A DNA stretch of 37,721 nt from Deltaproteobacteria bacterium (GTDB lineage: Bacteria; Chloroflexota; Dehalococcoidia; Dehalococcoidales; BS750m-G39), in the NCBI GenBank assembly GCA_013202445.1, contig JABMRW010000087.1:1-37721 (forward strand). The letters are read 5' to 3'. Below the pieces are notes generated by a model. That model was not told the origin of the DNA. It searched no databases and saw nothing but the letters and a program-made list of their open reading frames with translations. Each line of letters starts with the position of its first letter. Within the stretch, counting starts at the first letter, position 1. Positions 16,753 to 23,707 of the stretch are shown here, in pieces. A program made the translations under genes and the position numbers.

Positions 16753-16761
16753 TGCTAAAAT
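16753..16761 (+). promoter_or_regulatory. Extended -10 box TGCTAAAAT immediately upstream of folP (implies a leaderless or near-leaderless mRNA)
   Basis: The box ends 10 nt before ATG 16772. There is no SD between them. Confidence 0.4.
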
Positions 16762-16771
16762 ATGATTAGCT

Positions 16772-17665
16772 ATGGAAAGCCGGTCAACTTTAGCCGTCAC
16801 ACGCTGCGGGAACCTTGATTTGCGCTGGGGGCAGCGCACCTATGTCATGGGCATCCTCAACGTTACCCCGGATTCTTTCTCCGGCGACGGCGTTGGTGAT
16901 GATGTTGAAGCCGCCCTGGCCCGGGCAAGGCAGCTGGCCGAAGAAGGCGCCGATATTATAGATATAGGCGGCGAGTCCACCCGCCCCGGCGCCCCGCCGG
17001 TATCGGCCGAAGAAGAGCTAAGGCGGGTGATTCCGGTTATCGAAAGGCTGGCGGCGGAGCTGGCCGTCCCGATAAGCGTTGATACCTGTAAATCAGGGGT
17101 GGCGGAAAAAGCTTTGGAGGCGGGGGCAAAGATGCTCAACGACCAGTGGGGCTTAAAGCACGACCCCCGTCTGGCCGAACTGGCCGCCAAGTGGAACGTC
17201 CCCATAATTCTGATGAGCAACCAGCGGGATAAAGGCGGCTATGATGCCGCCCTCAAGCGTGATACTGCAGATTATAATGACCCCATAGCGGAGATAACGG
17301 CTTCTCTGAAGGGAAGCCTGGAGATAGCCTCGCAGGCCGGTGTGCCCCGGGAAAACATTATCTTAGACCCCGGCATCGGCTTCGGCAAGAGCTGGCAGCA
17401 CGACCTGGAGATAGTCTGGCGCTTGGCGGAATTAAAAGAGCTGGGACGGCCCCTCCTCATCGGCCCCTCCGGCAAGTCCTTCATCGGCAAGGTGCTGGAC
17501 CTGCCCGTTGACGACCGCCTGGAGGGCACCGCCGCCGTCGTGGCCGTCGGCATCGTCCATGGCGCCGATATGGTTCGTGTCCACCAGGTCGGGCCGCTGG
17601 TGCGGGTCTGCCGGATGTGCGACGCTATTATCCGTAAGGAGGCAAAGTGGGGACTGAACCGGTAA
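16772..17665 (+). CDS. folP: Dihydropteroate synthase
   Basis: Motifs VMGILNVTPDSFSGDG, DIGGESTRPGA and DPGIGFGK. Confidence 0.92.
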   Translation: MESRSTLAVTRCGNLDLRWGQRTYVMGILNVTPDSFSGDGVGDDVEAALARARQLAEEGADIIDIGGESTRPGAPPVSAEEELRRVIPVIERLAAELAVPISVDTCKSGVAEKALEAGAKMLNDQWGLKHDPRLAELAAKWNVPIILMSNQRDKGGYDAALKRDTADYNDPIAEITASLKGSLEIASQAGVPRENIILDPGIGFGKSWQHDLEIVWRLAELKELGRPLLIGPSGKSFIGKVLDLPVDDRLEGTAAVVAVGIVHGADMVRVHQVGPLVRVCRMCDAIIRKEAKWGLNR

Positions 17666-18141
17666 CCGCCTATCTCGGTCTGGGCTCCAACCTGGGAGAC
17701 CGCCAGGCCAATCTGGACAAGGCGCTGGCGCTGCTCTCGGAGAGGCTGCGCCTGGTGAAGATTTCCTCTATATACGACTCCGAGCCGGTCGGCGATATTG
17801 AACAGCCCCGATTTCTCAACCTGGTCTGTGAGGCCAGCACTTTTCTACCCCCCCAGGGGCTGCTGGCTCTGGCCAAGGGCATTGAAATCAGGATGGGCCG
17901 CACCGGCCCCACCGGCGCCCCCCGCATCATTGATATAGACGTCCTCTTATACAGCGACCAGGTCATCGAAACCCCGGAGCTTACTATTCCCCACCCCCGG
18001 TTTCACCAGCGGGCTTTCGTGCTGGTGCCCCTGGCCGAGATTGCCCCGGACCTGACCCACCCGGTGAGCGGCAAGACCATCAAGCAGCTGCTCAAGGAGG
18101 CCAAGGAGGTACAGGGCGTATTCAAGTGGGAGGGAGGTTAG
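17647..18141 (+). CDS. folK: 2-amino-4-hydroxy-6-hydroxymethyldihydropteridine pyrophosphokinase (HPPK)
   Basis: Motifs AYLGLGSNLGDR, PRIIDIDVLLY and LTIPHPRFHQRAFVLVPL. GTG start overlaps the folP 3' end. Confidence 0.9.
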   Translation: MGTEPVTAYLGLGSNLGDRQANLDKALALLSERLRLVKISSIYDSEPVGDIEQPRFLNLVCEASTFLPPQGLLALAKGIEIRMGRTGPTGAPRIIDIDVLLYSDQVIETPELTIPHPRFHQRAFVLVPLAEIAPDLTHPVSGKTIKQLLKEAKEVQGVFKWEGG

Positions 18142-18142
18142 G

Positions 18143-18514
18143 GTGTACCGGATATCGGTAGAGCAGCACTTTGACGCCGCCCACTATTTAAGGGGCTATC
18201 AGGGCAAGTGCGAGGCGATGCACGGCCACAGCTACAAGGTGGTGGTAAAGGTGGACGCCTCTGAACTTAACGATATCGGCCTGGCCTACGATTTCGTGGA
18301 GCTTAAAAAGCATTTAGCCGGGGTGATAGACCGCTTCGACCACACCTGCCTCAACGATGCCCCCCCCTTCGATAAGCTCAATCCCTCGGCGGAAAACATC
18401 GCCGCCGATATCTATAAAGAGCTTAAATCTAGGCTGGAGGGGGCGCCGGTCACCATCGCTAACGTAGAGGTGTGGGAATCCCCCCAGACCGGCGTCATCT
18501 ACACGCCGGATTAG
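18143..18514 (+). CDS. 6-pyruvoyl-tetrahydropterin synthase family protein (QueD / PTPS-III-like)
   Basis: 123 aa. Motif GKCEAMHGHSY carries both a Cys-x3-HGH and a Glu-x2-HGH arrangement. Sits directly downstream of folP-folK. Confidence 0.85.
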   Translation: MYRISVEQHFDAAHYLRGYQGKCEAMHGHSYKVVVKVDASELNDIGLAYDFVELKKHLAGVIDRFDHTCLNDAPPFDKLNPSAENIAADIYKELKSRLEGAPVTIANVEVWESPQTGVIYTPD

Positions 18515-18690
18515 GCGCGCTGCTCCGGCGGCAGCAGGTTGGGGATGCCGTTGGTGATGGGGTAGTCCACCCGGCAGTTGGGGCAGTTAAGGGAGCCGCT
18601 GATTATCTCCTCCTTCTCCTCGGCCACGGTTAGTTTCAGCTCACCCTTGCACACCGGGCAGGCAAGAATATCCATCAATTCTCTCTTCAT
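18511..18690 (-). CDS. Trm112-family small zinc-ribbon-like protein (59 aa; not in the ORF track)
   Basis: My translation of the minus strand: MKRELMDILACPVCKGELKLTVAEEKEEIISGSLNCPNCRVDYPITNGIPNLLPPEQRA. CPxC...CPxC plus the PI.NGIP.LL motif. 4-nt convergent overlap with the PTPS gene. Confidence 0.8.
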   Translation of the reverse strand: MKRELMDILACPVCKGELKLTVAEEKEEIISGSLNCPNCRVDYPITNGIPNLLPPEQRA

Positions 18691-18731
18691 GGGCTTTATT
18701 ATACCACTGAATCCCCTTTTTTACCCCACCC

Positions 18732-18810
18732 CTTTTTAAGTTTTATATTTCTTCCCATACCCACCCACCCAAAAGGTTTCACCTTTTTTCATATCTCTAA
18801 CCCCCACCCC
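18732..18810. repeat. 79-nt C-rich unit, near-identical paralog of 20982-21060
   Basis: ctttttaagttttatatttcttcccatacccacccacccaaaaggtttcacc... compared with the same string at 20982-21060, with a few substitutions or indels. Confidence 0.85.
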
Positions 18811-18897
18811 CGAAGTGAGGGACTAGGGTGCCAACCCCGGTAGGGTGGGAGGGTGGGAAGAACATCAACCGCTAAAAGGCTCTGTCCTAAGCCCCCC
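18811..18897 (+). repeat. Family-A intergenic repeat, copy A8
   Basis: Hairpin-like gagggactagggtgccaaccccgg, then GGGTGGGAGGGTGGG (18843-18857) and aagaacatcaaccgctaaaagg. Confidence 0.75.
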
Positions 18898-18991
18898 ATT
18901 TTTATCTTTTTCCACCCGACCCATCGTGGGGACGGTATTATTCACTAAAATATAGACGAAATGAGTACACAAAATTAGCACGATTCGGGGA

Positions 18992-19020
18992 TTGTAATTT
19001 GCTTAAGGGGGTACTAAAAT
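18992..19020 (+). promoter_or_regulatory. Candidate promoter TTGTAA-17 nt-TAAAAT for the first coiled-coil gene
   Basis: TTGTAA at 18992-18997 and TAAAAT at 19015-19020. A homologous arrangement occurs at 21236-21264. Confidence 0.4.
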
Positions 19021-19136
19021 ACTATAGCTAGATAGCCCGAATGGGCCATTGGAATTATATTTTGAGGCAATCGGCTGGGGATGCCCGGTTTTCCGTGCAT
19101 CTTAAAGCTGGTCTTACCGTTTGGAGTGCGAGTTAA

Positions 19137-20885
19137 ATGGCAAAGAAAGATACGGATAACTGGGAAACAGAAGAGCCGGGAAAACTTGTTGACGAATTCA
19201 AGCGCAGGCTTACCCGGGCTTTAGAAAAGGAAAGAGAGCGCCTGATCGGGGCGGCCAAGCAGCAGTCGGCGGAAATTATCCTCAACGCGCAGGAGGAAGC
19301 GGCCCAGCTTATTGAAAATGCCGTGCAGCAGGGAGAGAAGGAGGTGGAGGAGCACTCGGTCCGCATCATCACCGAAGCCGATGTCAAGGCAAAAGATATT
19401 AGGGAGGCCGCCCAAAAAGAAGCCCAGGAGGGAGCGGCCAACTACATGGTTGAGATGAGGCAGAAGGCCGACCTCATCGTGGCCGAGCTGAGAGAGAGCG
19501 CCAGAGAGGTGGTGGAGAAGCAGTCGGCGGCGGCTATCGCCAGGGCCAGGGAAGAAGCGGCGCGGATTATCAACGAGGCTGAAGATGAGGCCCGGAAACG
19601 GGCGCAGGAGGAGACCAAGCGGGAGGTAGAGTACATCACCGCTGCCGCCAGGGAGGAAGCGTCGGTAATTATTACCAGGGCGGAGCAGGAAGCGGCGGAA
19701 AAGGCAGCCGCGATGCTCGCCGAATGCGAAAAGCAGGCTCAGAAAGTCACCGCCGAGGCCATAGAAGGGGCTCAGGAGGCGGCCAAGCTGGAATTGACCA
19801 ATATTCTTAGCCGGGGGCGGGAGGAGGCGGCCCAGATTATCGAGGAAGCCAGGGAGCAGGCCAGGAAGGAAGCGGAGGGGAAAGCGGGCAGGATAATCAA
19901 TGAAGCCGAGCAGAAGGCGGAGCGGATTAACCAGGAGGCTACGGAGAGAGGACGGAAGCGGATAGATGTGGAGTCGGCCCGGGTCATTGACGAGGTAAAA
20001 TCTAAGGCGGAATGGGAGGCGGCTCAGGTTATCGCCGAAGCCAAGCAGAGGGCGTCGCAGATTATGAGCGAAGCCAGCGACTGGCTGCATGCCGAGGTCG
20101 GTAATCAGGCCAAGAAGGAAGCCCGGGACAAAGCCAGGAAAGAAGCGGAAACTATTATCGCCGAAGCTAAAGAGAAAGCTGCCGGCGTTATCGCCAGGGC
20201 GCAGCGGGATGCCGAGAGCAAGGCGGACAAGATAATCGCCAGTGCCAGGAAAGAAGCGTCCAAGGAGTCGGAGCAGCTTACCAGGCAGACCAGGGAGCAG
20301 TCGGATAAGGAAGCCGAAGCAAGGGCGGAAATGATAGTCGCCCAGGCCAGGCAGAAGGCAGAGCAGATTACCCAGGAGGCTACGGACAGAGGCCGGAGGC
20401 GGATAGAGGCGGAGTCTATACGGATTACCGCTGAGGCTAGGTCGAGGGCGGAGTGGGAAGCGGCGCGCATTATCGCCGAGGCCAAGCAGAGGGCGGTGCG
20501 GATTGTTACCGAAGCCAGCGATTGGTTAGAGGCGGAGGTCAAGACGCCGGCCAGCACTTTATCTGAACCCAGGACGGTCTACAAGAAAGCCGAACCCCAG
20601 GCTGAGAGCGCCGGTTCCGAAGGCGAAATAGGTGACGGGCTGTACCAGGGGATGATGGAGCTGGAGATACTATCCGCAGACCCCAAGCAGGTACCGGACT
20701 TCGTTTCACACTTACAGCAGGTCCCCGACCTGCAGGTGGTATCATTCAGGGGCTCGTCCAGCGGCGAAAGCATGGTGGTAGTGGTCATTAACCGCCCCCT
20801 CCCCCTGCCGGCCATTCTCAGGGAGATACCCTCGGTAGAGGAGGCAATTGGCAACGGGGGCAAGATTCAGGTAACGCTCAGGTAA
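19137..20885 (+). CDS. Large charged coiled-coil-rich protein (CCRP-1) with a conserved C-terminal globular domain; function unknown
   Basis: 582 aa with no signal peptide or TM segment. About 480 aa are Ala/Glu/Lys/Arg/Gln-rich with a recurring A-x-x-I-I-x-E-A-x-x-x-A motif. Contains a 189-nt internal duplication. The last ~85 aa are shared with 21592..23181. GGAG lies 10 nt upstream of the ATG. Confidence 0.85.
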   Translation: MAKKDTDNWETEEPGKLVDEFKRRLTRALEKERERLIGAAKQQSAEIILNAQEEAAQLIENAVQQGEKEVEEHSVRIITEADVKAKDIREAAQKEAQEGAANYMVEMRQKADLIVAELRESAREVVEKQSAAAIARAREEAARIINEAEDEARKRAQEETKREVEYITAAAREEASVIITRAEQEAAEKAAAMLAECEKQAQKVTAEAIEGAQEAAKLELTNILSRGREEAAQIIEEAREQARKEAEGKAGRIINEAEQKAERINQEATERGRKRIDVESARVIDEVKSKAEWEAAQVIAEAKQRASQIMSEASDWLHAEVGNQAKKEARDKARKEAETIIAEAKEKAAGVIARAQRDAESKADKIIASARKEASKESEQLTRQTREQSDKEAEARAEMIVAQARQKAEQITQEATDRGRRRIEAESIRITAEARSRAEWEAARIIAEAKQRAVRIVTEASDWLEAEVKTPASTLSEPRTVYKKAEPQAESAGSEGEIGDGLYQGMMELEILSADPKQVPDFVSHLQQVPDLQVVSFRGSSSGESMVVVVINRPLPLPAILREIPSVEEAIGNGGKIQVTLR

Positions 20886-20981
20886 TTTCAAATGGGGTAT
20901 TTCCCCCCTCTTCCAGCACAACTTTTTATTCCCAACCCGCCCTATAAGGGTTCCTCCATTTCTTATCCTTTTTCCTCCCCT

Positions 20982-21060
20982 CTTTTTAAGTTTTGTATTT
21001 CTTCCCATACCCACCCGCCCAAAAAGGTTTCACCTCTTTTCATCTCTTTAACCCCACCCC
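20982..21060. repeat. 79-nt C-rich unit, paralog of 18732-18810
   Basis: See 18732-18810. Embedded in a 420-nt C-rich non-coding spacer (20886-21305). Confidence 0.85.
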
Positions 21061-21235
21061 TTTTTAACCCGCCTCTTATTTTTGTTTTTCTCCGCCCCCC
21101 TTTATATTTCTGATTAAGGAAACCCCACCCCCCATTTTTAACAGCTCCCTTTTTCCCCTCGTAGGCTCCACCCTTCTTACCTTTTCCCCCCAAAATTAGT
21201 ACTAAAATACCACCATTACTAGCCAGATTGGGTGA

Positions 21236-21264
21236 TTGTATCTTGAGGAGAATGGGGGCATACT
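21236..21264 (+). promoter_or_regulatory. Candidate promoter TTGTAT-17 nt-CATACT for the HTH + second coiled-coil gene
   Basis: Aligns with 18992-19020: both are preceded by gggg.gattgta and both spacers end in ggggg. Confidence 0.3.
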
Positions 21265-21305
21265 CAGAAAAACGGGTAGATAATCAAGTTAGTTAGGGAG
21301 CATTA

Positions 21306-21560
21306 ATGGCTACTATTAGCAACGAAAAAGACACCAGACGCAAAGGAAATAACAACGGTGACAGACTACCCGCCAGGCTGCTGGCCGTAGGCGAGGTGGC
21401 CCATTTCCTGGGTGTTCACACCAGCACGGTCAGGCGGTGGGAGAAGAAAGGCCTGCTAAAGTCCTATGCTATCGGGCTTCGGCGCAGCCTCAGGTTCAAA
21501 CAGGAAGACGTTCTCAGTTTTCTCAATAAGTCCCGAAAAAACACTATCGGTGCTACTTAG
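21306..21560 (+). CDS. Excisionase/MerR-superfamily helix-turn-helix DNA-binding protein
   Basis: 84 aa. LLAVGEVAHFLGVHTSTVRRWEKKGLL is a typical HTH_17-type motif. Sits 31 nt upstream of CCRP-2, so is probably co-transcribed. Confidence 0.75.
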   Translation: MATISNEKDTRRKGNNNGDRLPARLLAVGEVAHFLGVHTSTVRRWEKKGLLKSYAIGLRRSLRFKQEDVLSFLNKSRKNTIGAT

Positions 21561-21591
21561 AGGGAATTGAATCACGAGGGGGAAGATCTAG

Positions 21592-23181
21592 ATGAAAAAT
21601 CAAAACAATGGCAAACAGGAACTAGAAGAGCTAGGCGAGGTCTTTGACCAGTTCCGGCGCAAGCTCCCCGAGCTTATCAAGCAGGAACAAACAAGGTTGA
21701 CCGAGGGAGCCAGGCAGGAATCGGCCGGCATCATTAACCGGGCCAGGGAAGAGGCGGCCGGGGTTGTTGGAACGGCCCTGGCGCAGGCCAAGAAGGAAAC
21801 AGAAGCGGAATCAGCCCGCATTATCGCCGAAGCCGAAGCCAAGGCAAAGGAAGCAGAAGCGGAATCAGCCCGCGCTATCGCCGAAGCCGAAGCCAAGGCA
21901 AAAGAGATTAATGAAACCGCCAAAGCGGAAGCCAAGGAGGAAGCCGCCGGCTATCTGGACGGAGTAAGGCAGAAAGCCGAGCTGATAGTCGAGGAGCTAA
22001 AGAACAACGCCAGGAGGGCGGCGGTGACAGAGACGGCGGCGGTGGTTACCCGGGCCAGGGAAGAGGCGGAGCAGATTATCAACCAGGCCGAGGATAGGGT
22101 TAAGAAGGAAGCTCGGGAAAAGATAAGACCGGAGATGGAACGCATTATTTCCGAAGCCAGGGAGGAGGCGGCGCTAATCGTGAACAAGGCGGAGAAGGAT
22201 GCGCAAAACAAGGCCGATAAAGCAATCGCTAAATCTCGGAAAGAGAGCGATAAGATAACTCGCGATGCGGTGGAGAAGGCGCGGAAGGAAGCCGAGGAGA
22301 TAAGCCGCTCGGCCGCCGAGATGCAAAAGCAGGCGGAGCGGGAGCTTAAGGAAGCTACAGACAAGGCCGGGAAGGAAGCGGAGGCAATTCTCAAAGAAGC
22401 CAAAGAGAAGGGCAAGAAAGAGGCGGAGGAAAAGCTGGCCGAGATAGCCGCTCAGGCCAAAGAAAAGCAAGAGCAGATTAGCCGCCAGGCCGAGCAGAAG
22501 GCAATGAAGAAGGTAGAGTCGGAGTCGGCCAAAGCCATGGCCGAAGCCAGGGCGAAGGCGGAATGGGAGGCGGCTCAGATTATAGCCGAAGCCAGAAAAA
22601 AGGCGGAGGAGATTATTTCAGAAGCCGTAAAGCGGCTGGAGAAGGAGCCCGCCCCACCGGTTATGGCCGGGGCACGTCCGGAACCCGTGGAATTTGCGCC
22701 GGCGGTAGCCAGGGCAATGCCGGAGGAAGAGTCGCTGGATAAGTTAGTCAGGGAAAGGCTGGAATTCCGGGCGCAGTTAAGGCCGGAAACCGGCGAGCCC
22801 GCCCCGCAGGCGGTGGCGACGGTGCCGGAGGTACAGCCGGCGGCTGAGGAAGCTGAGGAGAAGCCCGAACCTCAGGCCGAAGAAAAAACGGAAGCGGCTT
22901 CCAGCAACGGAGATGGCGATGGGCTTTACCGGGGGATGCTGGAGCTGGATGTAACCTCAGAGGATGCCAAGCAGATACCCGTTTTCCTGTCGCAGCTACA
23001 GCAGCTTCCCAACCTGCAGGTGGTGTCATTCAAGGGTTTACCCGGTGGCAACAGCCTGATTGTTCTGGCCATTAGCCATCCCCTGCCCCTGCCGGACATT
23101 ATCAAAAGGATGCCGCCGGTAGAGTCGGCGGTGGCTAAAGACAACGGGGTTAACGTGGTATTAAAGGCGCTTGCCTTTTGA
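21592..23181 (+). CDS. Large charged coiled-coil-rich protein (CCRP-2), paralog of 19137..20885
   Basis: 529 aa. Homologous N-terminus (VFDQFRRKL vs LVDEFKRRL), mid region (RQKAELIVEELK vs RQKADLIVAELR) and KAEWEAAQIIAEA motif. Pro/Glu-rich linker. The C-terminal domain is identical to CCRP-1 at 43 of 84 hand-aligned positions. Confidence 0.85.
   Translation: MKNQNNGKQELEELGEVFDQFRRKLPELIKQEQTRLTEGARQESAGIINRAREEAAGVVGTALAQAKKETEAESARIIAEAEAKAKEAEAESARAIAEAEAKAKEINETAKAEAKEEAAGYLDGVRQKAELIVEELKNNARRAAVTETAAVVTRAREEAEQIINQAEDRVKKEAREKIRPEMERIISEAREEAALIVNKAEKDAQNKADKAIAKSRKESDKITRDAVEKARKEAEEISRSAAEMQKQAERELKEATDKAGKEAEAILKEAKEKGKKEAEEKLAEIAAQAKEKQEQISRQAEQKAMKKVESESAKAMAEARAKAEWEAAQIIAEARKKAEEIISEAVKRLEKEPAPPVMAGARPEPVEFAPAVARAMPEEESLDKLVRERLEFRAQLRPETGEPAPQAVATVPEVQPAAEEAEEKPEPQAEEKTEAASSNGDGDGLYRGMLELDVTSEDAKQIPVFLSQLQQLPNLQVVSFKGLPGGNSLIVLAISHPLPLPDIIKRMPPVESAVAKDNGVNVVLKALAF
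21800..21907 (+). repeat. 54-nt tandem duplication (x2) inside CCRP-2
   Basis: Unit cagaagcggaatcagcccgc.. occurs at 21800-21853 and 21854-21907, differing at a handful of positions. Encodes EAESAR(I/A)IAEAEAKAKE twice. Confidence 0.9.
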
Positions 23182-23205
23182 TGCCCACCCCCTTAAGCCA
23201 GTTCA

Positions 23206-23240
23206 GGGCTGGACTCGGTTAGAGTCCGGCCCTTATTTTA
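23206..23240. terminator. Bidirectional intrinsic terminator between convergent CCRP-2 and tctB
   Basis: Stem gggctggactc / gagtccggccc (one mismatch) with loop ggtta, followed by ttatttta. Confidence 0.65.
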
Positions 23241-23245
23241 TGGCT

Positions 23246-23707
23246 TTAGTGGGCGCCGAAGATTAACCCCTTATACAGCGGGACCTTCAGCCCGATAGCA
23301 AAAACGGCGTAGCTAAAAACAAGCAGGCCAACGGCAAAAATTACGGCAACAAGCCAGCCTCTTCGCCGCCACTTCAGGTAAGCAAAGGCAAAAGTCGGGA
23401 TGGCGATATAAAAACCAAACAGGTAGATAGCCAGGCAGAAGCCGGCCGCCCAGCCGAATATCAAACCCAGCCTTCGGGTCTCGGCTTTAGCCCCGCTATC
23501 TTCAGCCGTCGCTTTGGCGGCAGCCGCCTCCCCCCGCCGCCGCAGCTCTCTAACCACCTGCACCGCCGCCAGGATAAAGATGATAATGCTTATCCCCAGG
23601 GGCAGCACCATAGATTCCCAGTAGCGGAAGGTCAGGGACTGGATAATGCCAAACAGCCCCAGCGCCAGGAAAAACAAGGCCACCCAAAAACTGCCCTTAA
23701 GCTTCAC
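23246..23707 (-). CDS. tctB: Tripartite tricarboxylate transporter small membrane subunit TctB
   Basis: 153 aa with 4 hydrophobic segments. 4-nt overlap with the tctA 3' end. Operon context with tctA and tctC. Confidence 0.75.
   Translation of the reverse strand: MKLKGSFWVALFFLALGLFGIIQSLTFRYWESMVLPLGISIIIFILAAVQVVRELRRRGEAAAAKATAEDSGAKAETRRLGLIFGWAAGFCLAIYLFGFYIAIPTFAFAYLKWRRRGWLVAVIFAVGLLVFSYAVFAIGLKVPLYKGLIFGAH

Noticed and set aside
19221-20090. 289-aa minus-strand ORF (plus 19133..19441, 19442..19639, 19772..19987 and 20105..20557) inside the first coiled-coil gene
   Set aside because: These are antisense mirrors of a GC-rich, repeat-rich coding frame. The translations are low-complexity Leu/Arg/Pro/Ser strings with no start context. 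The plus-strand frame has the paralog support.
1-21060. Possibility that the recurring ~80-nt elements form a CRISPR array
   Set aside because: The copies are kilobases apart in separate intergenic regions and are not regularly spaced with unique spacers. They are imperfect, and no cas genes are present.
21764-21967. 67-aa plus-strand ORF in an alternative frame of the second coiled-coil gene (KPKPRQ repeats)
   Set aside because: The repeat in the peptide simply reflects the 54-nt DNA duplication. The main frame is supported by paralogy to the first coiled-coil gene.
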